Assembly: GCA_964514965.1 (NCBI GenBank)
Contig: CAZETV010000001.1
Coordinates: 903,063 to 935,062, forward strand
Direction of reading: 5' to 3'
Origin: Candidatus Hadarchaeota archaeon
GTDB taxonomy: Archaea; Hadarchaeota; Hadarchaeia; Hadarchaeales; Hadarchaeaceae
DNA: 32,000 nt
In this document: positions 7,989 through 17,293 of the stretch, piece by piece
How positions within the stretch are numbered: position 1 is the first letter of the stretch
How the letters are laid out: every line of letters begins with the position of its first letter
The notes under the pieces: generated by a model
Seen by the model: the letters and a program-made list of their open reading frames with translations, nothing else
What the model was told of the DNA's origin: nothing
Databases searched by the model: none
Program-made: the position numbers and the translations under genes

Positions 7989-9857
7989 ATGGACCAGATT
8001 TCAATCGTCTTTCAGCCTTATGGCAAGAGGGTTCGCGCGTCTAACGATGATGACATACTGGAGATTGCAAATAGGGCTGGAATAAACATCAGGAGTATAT
8101 GCGGCGGTAAGGGGAGCTGCGGCAAGTGCAAGGTGATAATAAGAAAAGGGAGGATCGATTTTAGATACAATCAAAAGGAAAAGCTTCTGACGGAGGAAGA
8201 ACTCTCAAGCGGGTATGTGTTGGCTTGTTTAACCCGCTGCGAGTCGGACTGTGAAGTGCTGGTTCCACCTGAGTCTAGAATTGAGGGGCAAAAAATACTC
8301 TCGGACGCCACGATACCTGAAATCCAGATTGACCCCGCGGTTAAGAAATTCTTTATCCCGCCCAAGCAACTCCGCGGCCAATCCGCCGAACAGCTCATGA
8401 AGAGCTTTCAATCGTTTACCAAGGCGCGCAGCTTCTCGGACGAAGTCGGTTCAAAGCTAAAATCTATCGCTGACCGATGCGGCGAGGAAGGAGCAACCCT
8501 GACCGTTTGGTTGTTGAAGCCTACGAAGATTTTGGATGTAGAGATCGGGGATACATCGAAAAGGAACTTCGGCCTTGCAATCGATATCGGGACAACAAAG
8601 CTTTCTGCATATCTTGTGGACCTAACGACGGGGAAAATCCTCGGAAGTGAATCCGATTACAATCGACAGCTGATGTACGGTGAAGACTTGGTTTCGAGAA
8701 TTGGGTATACGGTGGACAGAGAAGATGGGATAAAAAACATGCAGAGGGCGGTACTTAATACAGCTAATAACTTGATCAAAAGGCTAGCCTCGAATCACGG
8801 TGTGGAAGCGAGTTGGATAACTGACGTGTGTACTGCAGGGAACACCGTGATGACCTATTTTTTCCTGAATAAGGATGCATCTCCCCTCCTCGAACCGAAC
8901 GCTGAGGTATCAAAGCAATCGATGATTACGGATGCTCAGTCCATAGGTCTTGGGGTTAATTCCGAGGCAAAAGTTTACTGCCTGCCTTGCGTGAGCAGAT
9001 TTTTAGGCGGGGACATCATTGGGGACGTCCTGCTCTCGCGAATCTACGCGTCTGAAGAAATCTCTTTGCTTTTAGATATCGGAACAAACGTTGAGGTCAT
9101 CTTCGGGAGCAAGGGATGGTTCCTTTCTACGACTGCGGCTGCGGGTCCGGCTTTTGAAGGGTGGGGAATAAAATTCGGAATGAGGTCGGTCGAAGGAGCA
9201 ATAGACCATGTGAAGATTGACCCGGAGACTCTAAAGGCGAGCTTTACAGTTATCGGAGGGGTGAAACCGAGGGGGATATGTGGTTCGGGCTTGATAGATG
9301 CGATGAGCGAGATGTTCAGGAATGGTATCTTAGATAGCTTGGGGAAGGTGAATATGAAGCTGGGCTCCCCCTACGTTCGGAGCGGCGAGGAAGGGTATGA
9401 ATACGTTGTGGCGCCAGCTTCTGAAACGGACATCGGCAAGGATATAGTCATAACCAAAAAGGACATTCTAAACCTCATCGATTCCAAGGCCGCGGCTTGC
9501 TCCTCCATCAGCGTTATAATGAAAAAAATGAATTTGTCCGTGCACGATGTTGCCAATGTGTATGTTTGTGGTGCGTTTGCCAACTACATGGACCTGAACA
9601 GCGCGATGGCGATAGGGCTCCTGCCGGAATTCCCAAAAGCCCAAATGAAGTTCCTCGGAAACGGTTCGGTAGCCGGGGCTTATTTGACATTAATTTCTCA
9701 GGAGCAGAGGAAAAAAGCAGATGAGATAGCAAGCTTGATGGCTTACTTCGATTTGCTCAAGGATGCGGACTTTATGGATGAATATACGGCGGCCTACATG
9801 CTTCCCGGAAAACGTGAGCTTTTCCCGACATGGTGGGAAGCGAGCCGGAAAAGGTAA
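7989..9857 (+). CDS. ATP-dependent reductive activator of corrinoid proteins (RACo-like; 2Fe-2S ferredoxin and ASKHA domains)
   Basis: N-terminal CGGKGSCGKCKVIIRKG 2Fe-2S motif; C-terminal FGLAIDIGTTKLSAYLVDLTTG, LLDIGTNVEVIFG, AGPAFEGWGIKFGMRS, GGVKPRGICGSGLIDAMSEM. Confidence 0.88.
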   Translation: MDQISIVFQPYGKRVRASNDDDILEIANRAGINIRSICGGKGSCGKCKVIIRKGRIDFRYNQKEKLLTEEELSSGYVLACLTRCESDCEVLVPPESRIEGQKILSDATIPEIQIDPAVKKFFIPPKQLRGQSAEQLMKSFQSFTKARSFSDEVGSKLKSIADRCGEEGATLTVWLLKPTKILDVEIGDTSKRNFGLAIDIGTTKLSAYLVDLTTGKILGSESDYNRQLMYGEDLVSRIGYTVDREDGIKNMQRAVLNTANNLIKRLASNHGVEASWITDVCTAGNTVMTYFFLNKDASPLLEPNAEVSKQSMITDAQSIGLGVNSEAKVYCLPCVSRFLGGDIIGDVLLSRIYASEEISLLLDIGTNVEVIFGSKGWFLSTTAAAGPAFEGWGIKFGMRSVEGAIDHVKIDPETLKASFTVIGGVKPRGICGSGLIDAMSEMFRNGILDSLGKVNMKLGSPYVRSGEEGYEYVVAPASETDIGKDIVITKKDILNLIDSKAAACSSISVIMKKMNLSVHDVANVYVCGAFANYMDLNSAMAIGLLPEFPKAQMKFLGNGSVAGAYLTLISQEQRKKADEIASLMAYFDLLKDADFMDEYTAAYMLPGKRELFPTWWEASRKR

Positions 9858-9874
9858 GGATACATTTTCGTCGT

Positions 9875-11293
9875 TTAGGAGTTTTTCCATTTCTCTTTGA
9901 CGAATTTCGATATTCCCGAGGAGTCCCGGGGCCCTACCATAACTTCCCACCCGGTCTCGTCTTCGATCTCCCCCGAAAGCCTTGCGGCCATCCCCGGGAT
10001 TATGAGCTTTTTGTGTTTGACCATTTTTTCTACGCCGGATTCCTTGACGACCTCGGCCACCTGCTTTGCGGTCAGCTTTCTACCGGCAACGGCGCTCTCA
10101 AGAGATATCCCTTCGGAGTCGGCCACGAGCAGGTAGCAATCGATTTTAGCGGCCTCGATATCCCCAGAGACGATATAATATGTCAGGGCGAAGTTGCTCG
10201 TCACGAAAACGGGGGATGTTTCATTTGGATTGCCTATAGGCCTCAATCCGGGTTTGACCGAGACGGGCTTTCTAGGGTCTGTGTACATGTTGAATCTTAG
10301 CACGACGTTCGGCAATAGGGTCCAGCCCTCTAAACTGTGCATTATCAATATGTCTGTATACCTCTCTATCAGCATGGCCGCCACGAGCGCCTCTCGCCAA
10401 GCCTTCGATTGACCTTCCCCATTAGATGATGCCCACGCGGTTATCGGGGTTCCCATCAAGGGAAAACCGGATAGTTTATCTTCTTCGTTGCAAGCCTTCC
10501 ATCGGAGCATCGTGAGCGCGTTTATGGTTGATGATAGACCTTCGCCGGAAAATGTGCCTGGGTCGATCACCAAGTTTTTCACACCATAGTCCAAGAGCGT
10601 TTTGGTCAGGGATCTTAACGTGCCCAAGTCATTCGGGCTGGAAACGGTCAAAGGACACTTATGCTTTAAAGAGAGCTCGGCCATCTCCTTCCAGTTATCC
10701 TTCGTTGCCGCGTAGAGAAGGGGGCTACTATCCCCGATTGCCGATAATCCTGCCTTCATGACTTCCGGGTTCAACGAACAGAGGACAAGGGGTAGGTTCG
10801 TGTTATTGCTCACAAATTTCACGATTTTCCCGAATTTTTTTGGTTCGTTTGAAACCGATCTAACGGCCAAGGCGTCGAGAGTTAGCTCCTTTCCTATGTA
10901 AGTGTAATCGAAATTTTCAACGAACTTGATTCTTTTCATCAACTCACTTTCACTCATTTCATCGGTTACATCGAGGGCGATCGTTGTGGGGTTAAAGTAA
11001 GTTAGTTCGTGCCTATGCATGACGAATTCTCCCCCGATCTTTGCCACTTTGCCCTTGTTCCCGAATTCCACCTCGTTCACGGATGGGCTCAGCATAACCT
11101 TCAACTCCGAGTAATTCTTCTTGTACTTTTCATCCTCCAAGAGCGGGGAGCACTTTTCGATTTTTGTCTCCATGTTCACGAGTCCCACTGCGAAGGCCAT
11201 GCAGTTTTCCGCTCCGCACTTCTTGCAGTTGGTCCGCGGGAGCAGCGTGTAAACTTTGATTGGGCTAATGTTCTTCTTAGGCACTTCAACCAC
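9875..11293 (-). CDS. cdhE: Acetyl-CoA decarbonylase/synthase gamma subunit (corrinoid/Fe-S protein large subunit)
   Basis: N-terminal TNCKKCGAENCMAFAVGLVN Fe-S motif, TIM-barrel region and C-terminal corrinoid-binding-like region, with typical position after cdhD. Confidence 0.93.
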   Translation of the reverse strand: MVEVPKKNISPIKVYTLLPRTNCKKCGAENCMAFAVGLVNMETKIEKCSPLLEDEKYKKNYSELKVMLSPSVNEVEFGNKGKVAKIGGEFVMHRHELTYFNPTTIALDVTDEMSESELMKRIKFVENFDYTYIGKELTLDALAVRSVSNEPKKFGKIVKFVSNNTNLPLVLCSLNPEVMKAGLSAIGDSSPLLYAATKDNWKEMAELSLKHKCPLTVSSPNDLGTLRSLTKTLLDYGVKNLVIDPGTFSGEGLSSTINALTMLRWKACNEEDKLSGFPLMGTPITAWASSNGEGQSKAWREALVAAMLIERYTDILIMHSLEGWTLLPNVVLRFNMYTDPRKPVSVKPGLRPIGNPNETSPVFVTSNFALTYYIVSGDIEAAKIDCYLLVADSEGISLESAVAGRKLTAKQVAEVVKESGVEKMVKHKKLIIPGMAARLSGEIEDETGWEVMVGPRDSSGISKFVKEKWKNS

Positions 11294-12470
11294 CTAATTT
11301 CGCCGATGTCCAGTCGGGGATCTCCCTCGCTACCCCATTTTTGAGTAGATAATCGACGATTTCTTTTACAGTTTTCACGGATGTTGGATGAAGCATCATG
11401 AGGTAATCCGCGCCGGCCAAGAGCATGGACAAAGCCGTTATAGTTTCCCATATGGGCCCTCTGATTTCCTTCGGGCCCCATATTGGTTCCATCTCCAACC
11501 AGGCCTCTCTGGAAGCCCAAGCGTTCGATATCCCAGAGACCAATGGGTGCTGAAGTTCTTGGTCACCTTTCAGAGCTGCAAGCCTAGCCCGCTCCGCGAT
11601 GGTGAACCCATATTCAAGACCATAACCTATCCCTGCGCAATTCGTGTCCATAACTATTTGGTTCTTTGATAGATAATCGTATAGCCTTCGGTTGAGCTCT
11701 CTAGCCTTGTCCAAGTCCATCTGTGTGAAAGCGATGGCCACATGCCCATGCTCTTTGAATGGTTTGCTTGCTTTCTCGATATCCATGTCCAAGTTGAGAG
11801 AGTTTATCAGGAGCCTTTCGCCAGACCCCGCCTCGGCTACTTTTTCAAATACCTCAACATCTTTGGCGGGATTTCCAGAACCTCCCACGCATAGCGGAAC
11901 CTTAATGGCTTGGAGAACTTCTTCGATTAACCTCGCCGAGTCTCGAGGAGAAGTGTCTTTAATGTACGGATCCGTGCTCACCAAGTGTAGGTTAACCATA
12001 TCTGCGCCGTATTTTTCAACACATTGTTTGGCCCACTCAGGGGGATCTTCTAGCGCATCGCCGAAATAGCTCCTGACCGCCCCGGGGAGTGTGATTTTCA
12101 TGTCGAACACATCCATAGATATCACTGGACGGTGCACCATGGAGCCCTCGAACGTGTAGAATGCCGCTGTAGTCTCGCCCCCTATGATGTAATTCCTGTC
12201 CCGCGTCCCCTCATCGTTCACCTTGGCACCCAGTGTGACTTCGGGGATTTTTCCGACCCACTCGGTTTTCGGAAGACTGAATTCGGCCTTGGCCAACTCA
12301 GTCGGTTTTACTTTGGTGGGGATAACTCTGTGGAGGGTTGGGAGCATTTTTAATGCTAGTTCTTTAACATCGATTGTAACGTCTTCCAGCTCAAGCTCTT
12401 CATACTTTGACAAATTTCCAACTAAACTGTCGCTGAGTTTTTTGGCGAGGTCATCTTCTTTTTTTGCCAT
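11286..12470 (-). CDS. cdhD: Acetyl-CoA decarbonylase/synthase delta subunit
   Basis: IGGETTAAFYTFEGSMVHRPVISMDVFDMK, VNLHLVSTDPYIKDTSPRDSARLIEEVLQAIKVPLCVGGSGNPAKD; overlaps cdhE by 8 bp. Confidence 0.93.
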   Translation of the reverse strand: MAKKEDDLAKKLSDSLVGNLSKYEELELEDVTIDVKELALKMLPTLHRVIPTKVKPTELAKAEFSLPKTEWVGKIPEVTLGAKVNDEGTRDRNYIIGGETTAAFYTFEGSMVHRPVISMDVFDMKITLPGAVRSYFGDALEDPPEWAKQCVEKYGADMVNLHLVSTDPYIKDTSPRDSARLIEEVLQAIKVPLCVGGSGNPAKDVEVFEKVAEAGSGERLLINSLNLDMDIEKASKPFKEHGHVAIAFTQMDLDKARELNRRLYDYLSKNQIVMDTNCAGIGYGLEYGFTIAERARLAALKGDQELQHPLVSGISNAWASREAWLEMEPIWGPKEIRGPIWETITALSMLLAGADYLMMLHPTSVKTVKEIVDYLLKNGVAREIPDWTSAKLGG

Positions 12471-12491
12471 CTCATCCCTCTAAAGTAATGA

Positions 12492-13871
12492 TTACTCTTT
12501 TTTCTTTCGTCTTCGAATGATGACTTTTTCGGCATGGATTTTCGCGTTTTTAAGGATGATGGTAAAGCCGCCAGTCGTTGGTATTGCGATCTCCCCGGTC
12601 GATTCAGCAGGTACGGGCTCGTTGACCTCAGCTGGTGCAGCAACTTCTGGCGTGGCCTTCCAGCGCTCGGTGACTGGGTGTGTATGTGTCTCAAGGAACC
12701 CCTTTAAATCATCAATTGTTCCTACGTCTTTTTCGGTCGCGATTTTGTCCACAACCTCGGCAGGTATGAAATTCTTGACTCTCTCTTTTATCACCGCGGG
12801 CATCCAGACTATACGGTTCCATCCTCCGTCCACTTGGAGAAACTTGGGAGACCTCATGTACTCAATCGACACACCGTGGAAACCATCGACTTGCCGTCCC
12901 CCCGCAGTTGAATCAGCCATTGCCGAAAATGTCAATCCATTAACGGCCGATCCCCTGAAATCTCTGTGAATCAATCCAATCCCATCCACTTCAGGAATGT
13001 AGAACGCTGTCCCTTCAAAGCAGCCACATGATGTGTGAGGGTGATCAAATGCCGTGTATAACTGCACTCTGTCATACTCCCCGAGCGTTTTTTCCTTCAC
13101 TATTTTGTTAACACCTTCGAATTCGCCTGCAAACTCGTCGATGGTTTTTCCCTTTTTTATTTCAAAGATTGAACCCTTGGGATCAACTCGCGCGGCGGCC
13201 CTTCCATCGAACCAACTTATGGCACCGCAATTGGCGTATCTTTGTGGGGTTATTATGCAAACGTGAGTTGGAGCGAAGGATTGACAAAGTGTGCACCCGT
13301 AAAAAACCTCAACATCGCCGTCCTTCAATCCTCGAGCCCTAGCATCGCGGGCCTCGTAGATTTTGAGGGCCTCGGAGTGCATTTCCTGTACTTTCGAGGG
13401 GTCCGTGATGAAGGTGATTTGTATTTTTTCGATGATTGGCAATTCACTTCTGTATAACCTTTCCAAGACTTTTCCAATCAATTGAAGAGTCAATCCTTTT
13501 TTGACTGACTTTTTGCTCACGCGGAACCAGATGTCATAACGCTGGTTTAGGTGCATGAACCCCTCGATGTAGTTGCAGAAATCGTGGATATGCCTCTCGA
13601 AGACTCCTTCCATCTCCTCATCGAGTTCATTGCCGGCAACTTCGATGTAGATTCCAAGTGGGACAGAACTCCCTTCCTTCAAATCCTTGAGTTCCGGGCC
13701 TATTACGGTGATTTTTCCGTCCTCAACATCATCCTTTACCCGCAAAAGTTCAAATTTATAATTTACTTTAGTTCCACCGAACTCTACGTGCATGTCTGGC
13801 TTCCGGATTCTCTCTCCCTCGTATATCACTCCTACATCTACTGGGATGTCTGCAAACATGCCAGTTTTCAT
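12492..13871 (-). CDS. cdhC: Acetyl-CoA decarbonylase/synthase beta subunit (A-cluster)
   Basis: FYGCTLCQSFAPTHVCIITPQRYANCGAISWFDGRAAARVDP and FDHPHTSCGCFEGTAFYIPEVDGIGLIHR: A-cluster cysteine motifs. Confidence 0.95.
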   Translation of the reverse strand: MKTGMFADIPVDVGVIYEGERIRKPDMHVEFGGTKVNYKFELLRVKDDVEDGKITVIGPELKDLKEGSSVPLGIYIEVAGNELDEEMEGVFERHIHDFCNYIEGFMHLNQRYDIWFRVSKKSVKKGLTLQLIGKVLERLYRSELPIIEKIQITFITDPSKVQEMHSEALKIYEARDARARGLKDGDVEVFYGCTLCQSFAPTHVCIITPQRYANCGAISWFDGRAAARVDPKGSIFEIKKGKTIDEFAGEFEGVNKIVKEKTLGEYDRVQLYTAFDHPHTSCGCFEGTAFYIPEVDGIGLIHRDFRGSAVNGLTFSAMADSTAGGRQVDGFHGVSIEYMRSPKFLQVDGGWNRIVWMPAVIKERVKNFIPAEVVDKIATEKDVGTIDDLKGFLETHTHPVTERWKATPEVAAPAEVNEPVPAESTGEIAIPTTGGFTIILKNAKIHAEKVIIRRRKKKE

Positions 13872-14404
13872 TTCCCTTCCACCTTTTGAGCAATTATTTC
13901 CAAATTTTCATGCCAATTTTTAAGCGAGAGATTTGGGAAAGACCAACTGCAATGTGGCTGATAAAATCTGTTTATGGAGATCGTCTTGAGGTTGGGAACA
14001 AAGGATTTGAGCCCAGATTCGATTACCCATTCCATATAATATGGGATTCCTAAGAGCAACGCGAGGTCGTGGGAACTTCCTTCACCAGAAACGCTCCACT
14101 CCGGGTCGGTGAGTCTAGTACCTATATCCATCGCGGACATCCAGGCATCTGGCTGAAAATCCCTCTTAAGGAACTCCGCAACAGTTTGAGCAGTGGCAAC
14201 TACAGGTATTTTCGCAGCTCTTGCGATGCGAATGACATAATCGATTGGCTTTTTATTCCCCAAATCTACTTCAGCAGCCTCATGCCCGACGATGAAAATC
14301 GGACGTTTGGCTTTCTTTATCATCGTGGAGGCAACTTCCGGATTTTTAATCACGAGGGCCTTTTTCGGACCAGGAATTTCAGCTTTCTGCCAAGGCTCGG
14401 CCAT
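13868..14404 (-). CDS. cdhB: Acetyl-CoA decarbonylase/synthase epsilon subunit
   Basis: 178 aa, RPIFIVGHEA...YVIRIARAAKIPVVATAQTVAEFLKR; between cdhA and cdhC, ATGA overlap with cdhC. Confidence 0.9.
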   Translation of the reverse strand: MAEPWQKAEIPGPKKALVIKNPEVASTMIKKAKRPIFIVGHEAAEVDLGNKKPIDYVIRIARAAKIPVVATAQTVAEFLKRDFQPDAWMSAMDIGTRLTDPEWSVSGEGSSHDLALLLGIPYYMEWVIESGLKSFVPNLKTISINRFYQPHCSWSFPNLSLKNWHENLEIIAQKVEGK

Positions 14405-14406
14405 GT

Positions 14407-16749
14407 TTATTCCTTCTTCGTTCTGATGAGTCTATGTATCAGTGTGGGATCTGGAATTTCGCTCTCCTTCCAGCCCTTCTCTTTGAGTACTCCTATTACC
14501 TCATCCTTCATCGTAATTGGGATGTCGCCGACTGAACGCACAAATAAGTGGATATCTTCGGGTAAGATTCTGTAAAGCCTCCTGTGCAGATCAATGTAAT
14601 GATTCAGCTTTATTGCTCTACCTTTAGTTGTGTCGTTGGGCCTCATGCAAAGTTTGGGTATCATTACCATTGCTTCCTCTTTTGTCTCCGCCGTGCAGAA
14701 TAAATGTTCAGGCGTCGGTCCTACATAAACGCGCTTCCCTGAGCGAGCGTCAAGCACATACCAGTCCTCCTCACGATCTTCCCTCCCCAAGAGCATGCGT
14801 CTATATTTAGACCCGTGTGGGCCGACGATGACCGGAATACCCAGCCGCCAACAACCGCTGGCTATGGAAGCGGCCTTTTGGGACATAGCCCCCCAAGCTA
14901 CACCAACCGCACCAACCCGATTGTGTATATAGTCTGCGATTTCCTCGTAATTTGCACGGAGCTTACGCTTAGCGAAAATGCTCGCTATCTTGATCGCGGC
15001 CCCTGTTATGTGAGAATTGGCGACACAAGAGCCAACGTTGACGAGCCCGCCGGCATCGAACACGCCGGAGTATGTTTCGTAAAGGCCGATCCCTTCCTCA
15101 TTTTTATAATTCGCGATACTCATGGCGGAGCATCCCGAAGTTGTTATAATGTAGCGGCGCTTTGCGAATTCATTGACCATGTTTCCAACATCTTTCCAGC
15201 TACCCGGATAGTTCGAGCAACCTACGAATGCCACGATTCCAGGTATCTCACCCAAGACTATTGGAGAACCCACCCGCCTTATTTCTACATCTTGGATCGC
15301 GCCCCTGCCAACCCGAATTTTACTCTTTTCCTCTTTGATCTTCGACCTCGATGCTCCGACTATCATGGTGTGTGGGAGCAAATTTTGGGGGCAGACCCAC
15401 TCGCAACGCCCACAGCCTATGCAAGAATCGTAGAGGTCCGCGAACTTCTGTAAGTCCCTTTTAGCTGCTGCCTCCATAGCTTCGGGAATGAGCAAATCGT
15501 TTGGACAGGCCCGCCTGCATGCATCGCACTTCGTGCATCGCTGTGCTGCCTTGATTATCTTCCCTTTCGCTGGAACCACTTTGAACTTGTTTCGTTTTGG
15601 AGCTACTTCAATCGCTACTCTAACAGCTACTTCTCCAACCTTTTCTGGATCGACGATAAACGCGCCAGGGCTCTTCCCTTCCACGAGATCTCTCACTATT
15701 TCATCCGCTGGATCCAAAGTTCGGTTGGGCAACCCTTGAGAATTCTTGGGGTTCGTCGCAATCAGAGGTGCCTTGACCTTCTGAGCTTCAATGAGCACAT
15801 CCGCACGAATGCATTGCTCATCGGTCACGATAACATCCGGGATCCCGTTCCTCACGAATCTTAGTTGCCAAGAGAGTGGCCCAACTATCTTGGCCCTCGA
15901 ATGATGTCTGGTGATATCATGAGCTGTACAGCATAGCCCACAGAGCTCTACGTTTTCCTCAAGCCCCCTTTCTTTTAAGTAATCCATTATCCCAATTGCA
16001 GGCGGGACGTTGTGTCCGATGACTAAGATAACTGGCTTGGATGCATCGATGGAACCCATGCCTATTTCAGCGAGCGGAGCTTCTGGGTCAGCTTTTGGAA
16101 AACCGTAGGTCGAAATTTGCGCTATATCTGCTATCTCCATGGCGACATGATCTATCATGCCAGCATGGAACACTTTGGACTCAAAATCTAGATTGTTGCC
16201 TTCTTGCCCCGTATGGGTGGCAGAAAGGAGTTGGACGATTTCAGTCTCGCAGTAATCGAGAGCATCCTCCAAGTCTCCAAGCCTTCTGGGCTTGATACCC
16301 GTTACCAAGCGGAGGTGAGGGGCCTCAACTTCAACATTTTCCTCCCCCACGTTGATTGGATAATCTCGGCCATATTTCTCCATCAAATGGTCGAATAAGT
16401 GTCTGGCGTGACCGCAATGGGTTGCTGCCCCTATGCAACACGCTAGCAAGACGATGCGTGACTGCTGTGCCGACATGTCGAGCCCGCATGCCCCTCGCTT
16501 TCCTTGGCTCAGATCGCACTTACCCATCGTGCATAGGCAACAGAGATCGCAGAACGGTAGATAAAATGGTTTGTATTTATTTAAGAGCTTGAGATCCCAT
16601 TCCCTCAGGGCCTCCATCTCAGGCATAGGAGTTGGACCAGCCTCTTCCTCCCACTCCTCTATAATTTTTCCTATGGTTAACTCGAGGCCTTTTGCCTTCA
16701 CGAGGCCTGTTTCAAGTTCATCAAGTTTGATTCGCGCTTTGGAGCCCAC
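14407..16749 (-). CDS. cdhA: Acetyl-CoA decarbonylase/synthase alpha subunit (CO dehydrogenase, 780 aa)
   Basis: CDLCCLCTMGKCDLS (B/D-cluster-type), CIGAATHCGHARHL, CTKCDACRRACPNDL and CIGCGRCEWVCPQNL ferredoxin motifs, GCSNYPGSWKDVGNMVNEFAKR. Confidence 0.95.
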   Translation of the reverse strand: MGSKARIKLDELETGLVKAKGLELTIGKIIEEWEEEAGPTPMPEMEALREWDLKLLNKYKPFYLPFCDLCCLCTMGKCDLSQGKRGACGLDMSAQQSRIVLLACCIGAATHCGHARHLFDHLMEKYGRDYPINVGEENVEVEAPHLRLVTGIKPRRLGDLEDALDYCETEIVQLLSATHTGQEGNNLDFESKVFHAGMIDHVAMEIADIAQISTYGFPKADPEAPLAEIGMGSIDASKPVILVIGHNVPPAIGIMDYLKERGLEENVELCGLCCTAHDITRHHSRAKIVGPLSWQLRFVRNGIPDVIVTDEQCIRADVLIEAQKVKAPLIATNPKNSQGLPNRTLDPADEIVRDLVEGKSPGAFIVDPEKVGEVAVRVAIEVAPKRNKFKVVPAKGKIIKAAQRCTKCDACRRACPNDLLIPEAMEAAAKRDLQKFADLYDSCIGCGRCEWVCPQNLLPHTMIVGASRSKIKEEKSKIRVGRGAIQDVEIRRVGSPIVLGEIPGIVAFVGCSNYPGSWKDVGNMVNEFAKRRYIITTSGCSAMSIANYKNEEGIGLYETYSGVFDAGGLVNVGSCVANSHITGAAIKIASIFAKRKLRANYEEIADYIHNRVGAVGVAWGAMSQKAASIASGCWRLGIPVIVGPHGSKYRRMLLGREDREEDWYVLDARSGKRVYVGPTPEHLFCTAETKEEAMVMIPKLCMRPNDTTKGRAIKLNHYIDLHRRLYRILPEDIHLFVRSVGDIPITMKDEVIGVLKEKGWKESEIPDPTLIHRLIRTKKE

Positions 16750-16882
16750 CGAATCGCCTTGTTTAAATTTGTATCTACCAATAATAACCCTTTTGAATTG
16801 TATGGAATTTCTTATTCATTTTTTTGGAAAAAATACTTAAAAAAAATAATAAAACTAGGTACAAACTGGAATATAGAAAAAA

Positions 16883-17173
16883 TTATTTTTCGGTTTTTGC
16901 ACTTTTAGCTATTTTTTTAAGCTCTTTCGCCCTAGAAGGGGTTATAAGTTTTCGTTTTTCTAGATCTTCGATGCATTTCAATGCATATCCACACCAGGTG
17001 ACACATGAAGGCGTTGCCTCTCTATGCAACATTCGCCCACAATTATAACATTTTACTTCGGTCTCGTAGCCCAAGAATTCTACTTCTTCACCGCAGGCTG
17101 GGCAAGTTCGCACTGTTATTTTTGGCTCCACGAGTTCCTTAGCACCCGGACATCTCTTCAGCATTTTTCCCAC
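16883..17173 (-). CDS. Small zinc-ribbon protein upstream of cdhA
   Basis: RTCPACGEEVEFLGYETEVKCYNCGRMLHREATPSCVTWCGYALKCIEDLEKRK: CxxC...CxxC plus additional Cys. Start GTG 17173 or ATG 17164. Confidence 0.7.
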   Translation of the reverse strand: MGKMLKRCPGAKELVEPKITVRTCPACGEEVEFLGYETEVKCYNCGRMLHREATPSCVTWCGYALKCIEDLEKRKLITPSRAKELKKIAKSAKTEK

Positions 17174-17187
17174 TTTTGGATATAATT

Positions 17188-17199
17188 GTTTAATTAAAC
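17188..17199. repeat. 12-bp perfect palindrome GTTTAATTAAAC between zinc-ribbon gene and cooC
   Basis: Seen directly; followed by a second palindrome TTAAGCTTAA at 17203-17212. Confidence 0.35.
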
Positions 17200-17293
17200 G
17201 ATTTAAGCTTAATTTTTAAAATGAGCGAAAGAAAGTTACTGTTAAAGTCTTAGACGGCGAATAAGTTTTAGGACGGAAAATAAAGGTGTTCGA

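Noticed and set aside
9830-10300. 156-aa plus-strand ORF antisense to cdhE
   Set aside because: Overlaps a well-supported gene on the other strand; no family motifs.
12540-12690. Low-complexity Ala/Pro/Glu stretch near the cdhC C-terminus
   Set aside because: Archaeal CdhC commonly has a variable linker followed by a basic tail; nothing clearly unusual.
12517-12969. 150-aa plus-strand ORF antisense to cdhC
   Set aside because: Shadow ORF; cdhC has diagnostic A-cluster motifs on the minus strand.
14815-15453. 212-aa plus-strand ORF inside cdhA
   Set aside because: Antisense to the clearly coding cdhA; no recognisable motifs; typical shadow ORF caused by codon bias.
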